A DNA stretch of 64,000 nt from the NCBI GenBank assembly GCA_964544585.1, contig CAZJBV010000001.1, positions 45,330 through 109,329 of the forward strand, in the 5' to 3' direction. The position numbers and the translations under genes are program-made. This stretch comes from an uncultured Gammaproteobacteria bacterium. GTDB lineage: Bacteria; Patescibacteriota; Microgenomatia; 2-02-FULL-39-11. Under the pieces are notes generated by a model, which was not told the DNA's origin, did not search any database, and worked only from the letters and a program-made list of their open reading frames with translations. The first letter of the stretch is position 1. Each line of letters opens with the position of its first letter. Of the stretch, positions 28,809 through 36,569 are shown one piece after another.

Positions 28809-30082
28809 GATAAATACCTCCTTGGATCTGTAATATATCCAGTAATTGCACTAGCTGCTGCTGTTGCCGGGGACGCCAGATATATTAGAGCTTTGGCGCT
28901 TCCCATGCGGCCGGTAAAGTTTCTATTACTTGTCGATACGCAAATCTCACCATCGGCTAGAACTCCCTGATGCCGTCCGAGACACGGACCACAACCGGGA
29001 TTGGTTATAATCGCTCCAAGTTTGGTGAAAAATTCAATGTATCCTTTATGGAGAGCTTGAATATAGACCAACTTGGAAGCTGGAGTGATAATGACGCGAA
29101 GGCCGGGACGAAGTTTTTCTCCCTTCCACATGATATAGACTATATCGAGATCCTCAATACGACAATTGGTACAGGAGCCTATAAAAACTTGGTCAAGTTT
29201 TATCTTTTCTTTTTCTACTTCAATGACGGTAACGACATTGTCGATATCAGGAGGACGGGCAATAAGAGGTTTCAAATCAGCGACATTAAATGACATTACT
29301 TTTTCATAGTCTGCATCTTTATCACTTTTTAGTTCATTTTCAGAAAAGGCATAATCCCGACTATTTTTCTCTAAATACTCTTTTGTATTTTTGTCTGGTG
29401 GTACGATCGCGGCTTTGGCTCCCATTTCGGCAGACATATTGGTAAGGGTCAACCTATTGGGAACGTTAAAGCTTGATACTACTTCTCCACCATACTCTAA
29501 TACTTTATAGTTACCCCCGTCTGGTCCAATAACTTTTGCCACAGAGAGGATGACGTCTTTAGAAAAGACGCCTTTTTTAAGTCGTCCGTTTATTTCTATT
29601 TTGATTGTTTTTGGTACACGAAACCAGCATTTTCCTGTGGCCATAGCTATCGCTGCATCTGTAGAGCCTACTCCGATAGTTAAAGCGCCTACACCCCCTC
29701 CTGTGGGAGTATGAGAATCGGCACCTAATACCAGATTTCCGGGATTAATGAATCGTTCAGACATAATTTGGTGGCAGACTCCTTCTGTAGTAATTGGTAT
29801 CCTTTGCTCGTCGGCAAATTTGCGAATTGCTGCTTGAAGCGTAGCTACCTGGGTATTCGGTGCAGGAAACGCATGATCAAAAGGAATAAATATTTTCTTT
29901 TTATTCCAAACTTTTTTGGCAATGGCATAGAAAGGTTCTAGCGCCCACGCACAAGTCGTATCATGCGCCATAACTAAATCGAGATCTGCCAAGACAAAGT
30001 CTCCCGCATGTACTTTTTTTCGGGCATGATTAGAAAATATTTTTTCGGCAATAGTTTGTCCCATATTATTGTAAGTTTTCAA
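28805..30082 (-). CDS. Homoaconitase/3-isopropylmalate dehydratase large subunit (aconitase family, archaeal-type LeuC/LysT)
   Basis: MGQTIAEKIFSNH...LVMAHDTT and Fe-S ligand Cys region GSCTN / GCGPCLG. Confidence 0.8.
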   Translation of the reverse strand: MKTYNNMGQTIAEKIFSNHARKKVHAGDFVLADLDLVMAHDTTCAWALEPFYAIAKKVWNKKKIFIPFDHAFPAPNTQVATLQAAIRKFADEQRIPITTEGVCHQIMSERFINPGNLVLGADSHTPTGGGVGALTIGVGSTDAAIAMATGKCWFRVPKTIKIEINGRLKKGVFSKDVILSVAKVIGPDGGNYKVLEYGGEVVSSFNVPNRLTLTNMSAEMGAKAAIVPPDKNTKEYLEKNSRDYAFSENELKSDKDADYEKVMSFNVADLKPLIARPPDIDNVVTVIEVEKEKIKLDQVFIGSCTNCRIEDLDIVYIMWKGEKLRPGLRVIITPASKLVYIQALHKGYIEFFTKLGAIITNPGCGPCLGRHQGVLADGEICVSTSNRNFTGRMGSAKALIYLASPATAAASAITGYITDPRRYLS

Positions 30083-31307
30083 TCCTATTCATCAATATTT
30101 GTTGTTTCATAGGTAATTTTTCTAACTTAAATTCTTCTACGACTTTCTTTAAAAGTACTTCCGGACGGTTTCTTTTCGTAACTCTATGTATATGTTTTTT
30201 AAATAATTTTGCAATTACTTTGGCTTGATCGGGTGTAACATCATAATAGTCAATTTCGCGTAAATAATAATAAATGAGATTCCATCCGCTGAGTGGACCT
30301 AGTAATAACTGGTTTCTAGTTACACCAAATTTTTGTAAATCATGTGCTTCATAAAGTCCATGGTGATTCATTACTGCTTTTTGATGCACTCCTGCGGTAT
30401 GTGTGCGATTGGTAAGAGACACCGGTTCGTTGTAGGGAACATGCCATTTGAGGATTGCGCCCATCAGTACATTAAGAGGATATGCGTATTCTAAATTATA
30501 ATTTTTGCAAAGTTGCCTTTGTTCAAAAAATGAATTGAGAAGAATTCCGGTAAGAGAAGTAATTCCTGATCTTTCAGCCATGCCCCAGATTGATGTATCT
30601 ATATAAGAAACACCAGATTGAATAGCGGTAAGAGCGTTTATTAGAGATAGACCTCGGTCATTGTGGAAGTGGCCCTCTAACATGACTTTTGGGTAGCGTG
30701 TTTTTAAAGCGGTGACATGATGTTTTACTAAGTCTGGGGTGGCACAACCTACGGTATCGGGCATACCAAACATATCAACATATTTATAAATAGTATCGTA
30801 AATACGAAATGTATCTTTTAAAGGAGTCCGGAAACAATCTTCGACACTAAATCGTATTGAAAGGTGTGGATATTTTAAGCGGACTGCAATAATAGTGTCT
30901 TTAATCATTTTTGCAATTGTATCAAAAGAATATCCATGGCTATATTTTTGGGCTCTTTCGGCGATACCCATGTATATTTGTAGTCCATCAAAACCAGCTT
31001 GGATGGCTTCTTCTATATCTTTAGGGTGACAGCGTACATGTGCGTAACAGGAAATTTTTTCTTGCACATTTTGTTGAATAAATTCTCTTAATCGTAAGAA
31101 GTCGTTTTGTTCAGCTTTACTTACGACAGGCGAAAAAAATTCGAATCGGCGAACTCCTAATTGGATGAGACCGTTTAGGAGTACTTTTTTATCGGCAAAA
31201 GAAAAACGATATTTTCCACTATCAAACATTAGTGGGGATTGTTGCCCATCTCGAAATGTTGTATCTATAAAGCCTTTAAATGTATTTAGGTGATTATTTT
31301 TTTTCAT
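30066..31307 (-). CDS. Homocitrate synthase / 2-isopropylmalate synthase family (LeuA/NifV DRE-TIM)
   Basis: TFRDGQQ substrate motif and HFHNDRGLSL...GMAERSG metal-binding HxH motif. Confidence 0.7.
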   Translation of the reverse strand: MKKNNHLNTFKGFIDTTFRDGQQSPLMFDSGKYRFSFADKKVLLNGLIQLGVRRFEFFSPVVSKAEQNDFLRLREFIQQNVQEKISCYAHVRCHPKDIEEAIQAGFDGLQIYMGIAERAQKYSHGYSFDTIAKMIKDTIIAVRLKYPHLSIRFSVEDCFRTPLKDTFRIYDTIYKYVDMFGMPDTVGCATPDLVKHHVTALKTRYPKVMLEGHFHNDRGLSLINALTAIQSGVSYIDTSIWGMAERSGITSLTGILLNSFFEQRQLCKNYNLEYAYPLNVLMGAILKWHVPYNEPVSLTNRTHTAGVHQKAVMNHHGLYEAHDLQKFGVTRNQLLLGPLSGWNLIYYYLREIDYYDVTPDQAKVIAKLFKKHIHRVTKRNRPEVLLKKVVEEFKLEKLPMKQQILMNRIENLQ

Positions 31308-31309
31308 AT

Positions 31310-32377
31310 TTATATGGGGTGAAGTCCGGGAAACTCTAATCCCGTAGTTTCAGGAAACCCATACATAATGTTCATGGCCTGAATTGCCTGGCCGGCAGTA
31401 CCTTTGCCTAGATTATCTATGGCGCCGATTGCAACTAGGCGATTTTCTCTTTCGGAGAGAGCAAAACCGATGTCGCAGTAGTTTGTACCTGTGAGGATTT
31501 TTGGCTCGGGAAAGCGATAGTTGCCTGTTTCTTTTTTGACAAGTCTTACAAATGGTTCGTTTTCGTAAGCTTGGCGATAAGCTTTCCAGACATCAAGTTC
31601 TTTTACGCCATGATGTGGTATGGCGTGGATTGTAACGAGGAGGCCGCGAACTATTTCAATGGTGGTAGCAGTGACAGAGACTTTTAGGTTTTTGACATAT
31701 GGCGATAATTCCTGTTCTATTTCAGCTGTGTGACGATGATTTATTGGCTTGTAAGTTCTGACTACGCCATGACGTTCAGGATGATGTGAAGAATAGGAAG
31801 GAGTATTCCCCCCTTGGGAACTGCTCATTTTGGCATCGATGATAATATCCGGCTTGATAAGTTTGTATTTGACAAGAGGATAAAGAGTTAAGATGGAGAC
31901 AGTAGCCTCACAGCCACCACATGAAACAAACGATGTTTTTTTTATTTTATGGCGATTGAGTTCGGCGATACCGTAGACAAATTTATTTAAAAGGGATGGA
32001 TATAAGTGAGTCGTTTTATACCAATCAGCAAAAATGCTTTTATCGTGCAAGCGAAAATCAGCGCCGAGGTCTATAATTTTTCTGGCACTTTTTTGGGCAA
32101 GGCGCATATATTCCATGGATTTGCCGTTGGGAAGAGCCAGAAATATGAGGTCGGTTTTTTTAATATCTTTAAATCGACAAAAAGTAAGATCTGTTATTTT
32201 TCTTAAGTTAGGATGAACTTCGCCGACTGGCAAACCTGCAAATTTGCGGGAAGTGACATATTTTAATTCAATGTAAGGATGAAAGAGGAGAATGCGAAGT
32301 AACTCTCCGCCTGCATACCCGGACCCGCCAATTATAGAAACAGATATTTTCCTGTTCATGATATTTTTTCCAGACAA
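31310..32377 (-). CDS. lysY: N-acetyl-gamma-glutamyl-phosphate / LysW-aminoadipyl-phosphate reductase (ArgC/LysY)
   Basis: VSIIGGSGYAGGELLR NAD-binding N-terminus, catalytic Cys region; 355 aa. Confidence 0.8.
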   Translation of the reverse strand: MSGKNIMNRKISVSIIGGSGYAGGELLRILLFHPYIELKYVTSRKFAGLPVGEVHPNLRKITDLTFCRFKDIKKTDLIFLALPNGKSMEYMRLAQKSARKIIDLGADFRLHDKSIFADWYKTTHLYPSLLNKFVYGIAELNRHKIKKTSFVSCGGCEATVSILTLYPLVKYKLIKPDIIIDAKMSSSQGGNTPSYSSHHPERHGVVRTYKPINHRHTAEIEQELSPYVKNLKVSVTATTIEIVRGLLVTIHAIPHHGVKELDVWKAYRQAYENEPFVRLVKKETGNYRFPEPKILTGTNYCDIGFALSERENRLVAIGAIDNLGKGTAGQAIQAMNIMYGFPETTGLEFPGLHPI

Positions 32378-33204
32378 TAATTAATAATTTCTCCTGCAAT
32401 GTTTACGTTTGTGACTCTTTGAACGTTTTTAAACTCCATGGTGTGATTGACTTCGTTTATGAGGAGTCCATCGTTTGTTTCAAAGACGTCTATTCCCAAT
32501 ACTCCCTCGCCTATTGCGGCAATAGTTTTTTGGGCGATATCCTCTAAATCTTTGGTAATTTTGCAGTTAAGAGGCAAGGCTCCGCGAGCTGTATTAGTGA
32601 TCCAATGATCACTCTTTCTATATATTGCAGCTATTGCATTACGTCCAATAACATTTAAGCGTATATCTCTTCCGTGCTTTTCTATATATTGCTGCATATA
32701 GAAGGCGTGGTGTGATGGTCCTCCTAAGACTGTTTTACTTTCTAAAATGGACTCGAGACTATCTAAGTCGTTTATTTTGGCTATAAGCCTCCCCCACGAT
32801 CCTGAAACCGGTTTTATAACAACAGGGAATCCCCCCCACGCTTCGACTGCAATCTTTGCTTGACGCTCACTAAATACCATACAAAATTTGGGTGTGGCGA
32901 CTTTATGTTTCCAAAGAGCTAAAGAGGTAATGAATTTATTCTCGCAGACTTGGGCGACAGAAAGAGAGTTTACACAAGGAATATTTAAACTGGCAAAAAA
33001 TTCCAGGGCGTGCATTCCTTTGACGGTTGAGACGCAACGCTCAAGAACGACGTCAAAGCCATAAGAATTATCCGGGTCGAAAATCTGTTCCCGGACATCA
33101 ATAATGTCAAGTGAAACTCTATTTTTTTTAGCTGCCTCGATGATGAGTTTTTCGTCGCCTCTTATGGTTGTATGTAAAAGGCCAATTTTTTTATTTTTTA
33201 GCAT
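32356..33204 (-). CDS. lysX: RimK-type ATP-grasp ligase LysX (LysW--alpha-aminoadipate ligase)
   Basis: 282 aa ATP-grasp; immediately downstream of lysW. Confidence 0.75.
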   Translation of the reverse strand: MLKNKKIGLLHTTIRGDEKLIIEAAKKNRVSLDIIDVREQIFDPDNSYGFDVVLERCVSTVKGMHALEFFASLNIPCVNSLSVAQVCENKFITSLALWKHKVATPKFCMVFSERQAKIAVEAWGGFPVVIKPVSGSWGRLIAKINDLDSLESILESKTVLGGPSHHAFYMQQYIEKHGRDIRLNVIGRNAIAAIYRKSDHWITNTARGALPLNCKITKDLEDIAQKTIAAIGEGVLGIDVFETNDGLLINEVNHTMEFKNVQRVTNVNIAGEIINYCLEKIS

Positions 33205-33207
33205 ATT

Positions 33208-33393
33208 TTATTGCCCCCAATCTTCTTCAACTTTTGGAGCTTCTTTTAAATTAAATTTACTACTTTTGTTGTCGACTGAGACTACTTCAAGCTTTGAACC
33301 ACAATCCTTACAGGAAATAATTTCCGAAACTTCAACGGATGTAATCTTTATATTTGCGTCACATATGGGACAACTACCTAGCATAAAAATCAC
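33208..33393 (-). CDS. lysW: Amino-group carrier protein LysW
   Basis: 61 aa; zinc ribbon CPICD...CKDCG; acidic C-terminus EEDWGQ (LysW EDWGE-like tail); strong RBS AAGGAGGTG. Confidence 0.8.
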   Translation of the reverse strand: MIFMLGSCPICDANIKITSVEVSEIISCKDCGSKLEVVSVDNKSSKFNLKEAPKVEEDWGQ

Positions 33394-33518
33394 CTCCTTT
33401 TAGCCATATCCCAGTACTATGCTTACCTCAAGCCGGAGGCTTCCAGCCTCGCGCTCTTGAGGGGCGCAAGTACGGGATTTGCAAGAGTAATACTCGCAAA
33501 GCTCGTAAACTCTTGCAT

Positions 33519-33545
33519 AAAAAAACCCCTCATTTGAGGGGTTAG
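33519..33545 (-). terminator. Intrinsic terminator hairpin inside lysW leader (attenuator terminator)
   Basis: Minus-strand CCCCUC-AAAU-GAGGGG followed by U7 run. Confidence 0.6.
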
Positions 33546-33569
33546 TAGGTCACGAAACGACAACAGAAA

Positions 33570-33632
33570 CTAACCCCTAATAAAAGGGGGTCGCTTCTTG
33601 GGTTCGTTGACAATATAATTTGTTTGTTTCAT
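33570..33632 (-). CDS. Putative 20-aa leader peptide with tandem Lys codons (MKQTNYIVNEPKKRPPFIRG)
   Basis: ATG 8 nt after a TATAAT -10 (leaderless-like); AAG AAG immediately precedes first attenuator hairpin; stop lies inside antiterminator segment. Confidence 0.35.
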   Translation of the reverse strand: MKQTNYIVNEPKKRPPFIRG

Positions 33633-33671
33633 TATGGACTATTATACCAGAGATATTTATCGAGTCAAATT

Positions 33672-34136
33672 TTAATCAATCGAGAGTATTTTGTAAAGGA
33701 TTTTTCCAACCGGCGCCTCTACCTCTACCTTTTCTCCTACCTTCTTTCCCAGAAGGGCTTTGCCCAATGGTGAAGAGTGAGAAATCTTTTTTTGGGTGGG
33801 ATCTGCTTCCCATTCGCCGACTATGGTAAATACGTCTCTTTTGCCATTGAGGTGAAGGGTGACTCTGGAGCCAACGTCTACTTTTGACCTGGAATGGCTG
33901 GAGACTATTTTGGCTTCGTGAAGGATGGTCTCTAGCTCGGCAATTCTGCCGTCGATGAAGCCTAGATCCTGTTTAGCCGATGTGTATTCGCTATTCTCGG
34001 CTAGATCTCCTTGGGAGCGCGCGTTGGCAAGCCGAGAAACTAGTTCCGGCCTTTTTTTATTAAGAAGCTCGTCGTATTCTTTTTTGAGCTCCGTCATGCC
34101 GTCTTTGGTGAGTAATATTTTCTGTATGTTGTTCAT
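33672..34136 (-). CDS. greA: Transcription elongation factor GreA
   Basis: N-terminal coiled coil with LTKDGMTELKKEYDELL, acidic tip, C-terminal FKBP-like domain; 154 aa. Confidence 0.9.
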   Translation of the reverse strand: MNNIQKILLTKDGMTELKKEYDELLNKKRPELVSRLANARSQGDLAENSEYTSAKQDLGFIDGRIAELETILHEAKIVSSHSRSKVDVGSRVTLHLNGKRDVFTIVGEWEADPTQKKISHSSPLGKALLGKKVGEKVEVEAPVGKILYKILSID

Positions 34137-34256
34137 AGTTCGACTTCGCTCACTACAAGTTTTAGGCTAAATAAAAAGACCCCTTACGCATGAATTATTT
34201 GGGAAAGCGCTTGGTGGGTCGAATTATTATAAATATTTTAGCAAATCTTTTTTGGC

Positions 34257-34285
34257 TTGTCAAGACAATCTTGAGGCTATATAAT
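34257..34285 (+). promoter_or_regulatory. Putative sigma70-like promoter for tRNA-Glu (TTGTCA-17-TATAAT)
   Basis: ggcTTGTCAagacaatcttgaggctaTATAATacc about 28 nt upstream of tRNA 5' end. Confidence 0.35.
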
Positions 34286-35915
34286 ACCTACTGAGGCTAA
34301 ATAAAAGCTTTTTGCCGCCATCGTCTAGTGGCCCAGGACGGTACCTTCTCAAGGTACAAATCGGGGGTTCGAATCCCCCTGGCGGTACCCAGTTCCGACT
34401 TGTCGGGGCCGCCCGCAGGGCGGCCCAAGGTTCGCGCGCGTTACCGCGCGCTATTTTGTGGTTGAGAGTCAGGTTCGAGCCGAAGATTTTTTGGGCCAAT
34501 ACCTTTTTCTGGTATAAATCATTGCCCCTTGCGATGTTTGCCGCGCTAGCGGCATCTATAACCCATGTCCGCATGGGTTCGAGCCAAGCATTTTGCGTTT
34601 GTTCAAATGTTTTTACTTTCTCTTCCAGCGTCTTCTTGATATTTAACAGTTCAGCTTTTTTAAAGCGGTACGTTTCTATATCAATTTCCTGATCCAAATA
34701 AGCATCTAGAAGACGCTGTAACTTGATATTAATATTTTCAATTTCCATTTTTTTCATTTGAACAAACGCTCGGCAGGATTGGGCAGTGTCTTTTTCTTCC
34801 TCTTTGAGTTTAACTAACATTCTATTTGCCCAATCCTGACGTAAAGAAACTTTTTGAATAAGGCTGGATAGCTGCCTATCCAGGACTTCTTCGCGAATAT
34901 AAAGTTCGCGGCAAGAAATTGTTTTGGATTTTTTGGTACACCTATAATAAGTATGGCCTTTTTGAATTTCAGCTGTAATCATCATGCCGCAACTACTGCA
35001 GCGAAGAAGCCGGGCAAATGGTTTGGGGATTCTTCCCTTGTCTTTGATATGTTGGGGCTTACTCCTGTCTTTCAAAACCATTTGCACTTTATCAAAAAGT
35101 TTCTTGGAAATGATGGGCTCGTGGATTCCCTCGTATAATTCTCCACCAAACCGAAAGAAACCGACATAAAACGGGTCGGAAAGTACATATTTAATTCTGT
35201 CTTTATGAAGAGGCTTGTTACCTCTTGAGAAAATACCATGACGAGCCAAAAAGTCAGATATATCTTCAAGTCTTGATTCATTTTGGGCATAGATACCAAA
35301 TGCAAGGGAAATGTAGGGTGATTTAAATTTATCAACTACAATTTTCTTAGTCCTGACATTATTTAGATACCCGATGGGTGCCAGACTGGGAAATTCTCCT
35401 TTTCTTACTTTTTGGCGAAGTCCTCTTTTGGTATTTTCAGAGAGGGAATCCACATAGTACTTACTTTGCCCAAACGCAATATTGAGCATAAATTTACCCT
35501 GCGGAGTGGATTCAAACCAGAATTGGGGAAATTTGAGAAACTTGATTTTACCAGTATCAACTAGATAAATAATCCTTCCTCCATCTATACTATTGCGCGC
35601 AAGTCTATCCGGATGCCAAGCCAAGATACCGGCGGCTTCACCTTTTTCAATTCTCTCAATCATAGAATTGAAAACAGGACGGCCGGGAATCTTGGCCGAT
35701 TGTTTCTCAATAAGTTCCTCAATAATGGAAATTGACTCACGTTTGGCAAATTCCCTAAGCTCCGTAATCTGTGCCTCGATAGATAATACCTGTTTATCCT
35801 CTGTATCTGTAGACTTGCGCGCATACAAAAATAATTTTTGCAGAGTTGGTAATTGAGATCTTAAATACTCTTTTGGAGGTCTTGTTATGAGATTGTTGGC
35901 AGGAGTGGTAATCAT
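34260..35915 (-). CDS. Large serine recombinase (resolvase/invertase catalytic domain + recombinase domain + zinc ribbon + coiled coil); 3' end as drawn reads through inverted repeat and antisense tRNA
   Basis: YARKSTDTEDKQ...SIEAQ catalytic Ser region, zinc ribbon CSSCGMM...YYRCTKK, long coiled coil; C-terminal ~70 aa are Ala/Arg/Pro/Gly-rich translation of GC-rich IR and tRNA antisense, so true C-terminus uncertain. Confidence 0.75.
   Translation of the reverse strand: MITTPANNLITRPPKEYLRSQLPTLQKLFLYARKSTDTEDKQVLSIEAQITELREFAKRESISIIEELIEKQSAKIPGRPVFNSMIERIEKGEAAGILAWHPDRLARNSIDGGRIIYLVDTGKIKFLKFPQFWFESTPQGKFMLNIAFGQSKYYVDSLSENTKRGLRQKVRKGEFPSLAPIGYLNNVRTKKIVVDKFKSPYISLAFGIYAQNESRLEDISDFLARHGIFSRGNKPLHKDRIKYVLSDPFYVGFFRFGGELYEGIHEPIISKKLFDKVQMVLKDRSKPQHIKDKGRIPKPFARLLRCSSCGMMITAEIQKGHTYYRCTKKSKTISCRELYIREEVLDRQLSSLIQKVSLRQDWANRMLVKLKEEEKDTAQSCRAFVQMKKMEIENINIKLQRLLDAYLDQEIDIETYRFKKAELLNIKKTLEEKVKTFEQTQNAWLEPMRTWVIDAASAANIARGNDLYQKKVLAQKIFGSNLTLNHKIARGNAREPWAALRAAPTSRNWVPPGGFEPPICTLRRYRPGPLDDGGKKLLFSLSRYYIASRLS
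34314..34387 (+). tRNA. tRNA-Glu (anticodon CUC)
   Basis: Cloverleaf readable: acceptor GCCGCCA/UGGCGGU, D-arm TCGTCTAGTGGCCCAGGACG, anticodon stem GTACC/GGTAC with loop TTCTCAA (CTC), T-arm GGGGGTTCGAATCCCCC; CCA not encoded. Confidence 0.85.
34386..34485. repeat. IR1 left copy: ~100-bp GC-rich inverted repeat starting at the tRNA-Glu discriminator base
   Basis: acccagttccgacttgtcggggccgcccgcagggcggcccaaggttcgcgcgcgttaccgcgcgctattttgtggttgagagtca... reverse-complement of 36106..36200; contains internal palindromes GGCCGCCCGCAGGGCGGCC and GCGCGCGTTACCGCGCGC. Confidence 0.9.
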
Positions 35916-36105
35916 GAGCTAAGGAGTACTATACTTTTTCCTTCAAAATTTTCAATATGACTTAATGAATCAAACATAAGCAAAAAATTCTTTTTGTTCG
36001 TTTGCACGTAAAAAATGCTGATGCATTTTTCAGTGTAAAGGCAAAGTTTCCCCCACTATTTAGTGGGGGACAAATAACATCGCAAGGGGCAATTAATTAA
36101 AATTC

Positions 36106-36200
36106 TTCGGCTCATGACTCTCAACCACAAAATAGCGCGCGGTAACGCGCGCGAACCTTGGGCCGCCCTGCGGGCGGCCCCGACAAGTCGGAACTGGGTA
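36106..36200. repeat. IR1 right copy (inverted), abutting IR2
   Basis: Reverse complement matches 34386..34471 perfectly, then 4-5-nt indel, then gagccgaag matches again. Confidence 0.9.
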
Positions 36201-36387
36201 AGCCTTTACAGTTACGCTCGAAACTATTTTATAAATAATTCTTAGTATTATAAATAAAATGTTGCGATGAGGAAAAGGGGTAAAGGGGAAAAGGAATCAT
36301 CGCAACATAAACCTTATTGCTCGGCCGCTTCGCGGCCTCGCATTATCCCAGGCCTCTCCTTCTCATTCTCTCTTTGGGAAATTTTCG
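36199..36387. repeat. IR2 left copy: ~190-bp inverted repeat bounding the cargo module
   Basis: Reverse-complement of 45440..45629 essentially perfect over ~190 bp; internal palindromes (gttgcgatga...tcatcgcaac; GGCCGCTTCGCGGCC). Confidence 0.9.
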
Positions 36388-36569
36388 AAATTTTTTAAAG
36401 CCTTCTTATAGGTCGCTAACGAGAATATTTATTAGAAAAAGGAGAATATTTTGTCAGAAATATCATGAAAATAGCAAAATACTAGCTACCATATAAAACT
36501 GTCAACAAACGCATAGCTTCATAATTATTTTTACTGTCTTTATCTTTCCAAAGTTTTTCGGTCATAAAA

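Larger units (their letters stand above)
33519..33668 (-). promoter_or_regulatory. lys operon promoter (TTGACT-16-TATAAT) plus transcription-attenuation leader with mutually exclusive hairpins
   Basis: -35 at 33663-33668 and -10 at 33641-33646 (minus strand); segments CCCCC / AGGGGUUAG / CUAACCCCU / GAGGGG-U7 can form anti-antiterminator, antiterminator or terminator. Confidence 0.5.

Noticed and set aside
25408-32377. Alternative reading of the cluster as arginine (argBCD) plus leucine (leuACDB) biosynthesis
   Set aside because: The presence of lysW with an acidic EDWG tail and a RimK-type lysX immediately upstream, and the archaeal-type gene order, favour the alpha-aminoadipate route. This cannot be fully excluded without phylogenies.
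33394-33668. Lysine riboswitch (L-box) or T-box in the lysW leader
   Set aside because: No AGAGGNGC/P1 pairing, no specifier/T-box (AGGGUGGNACCGCG) motifs. The structure is better explained by leader-peptide attenuation.
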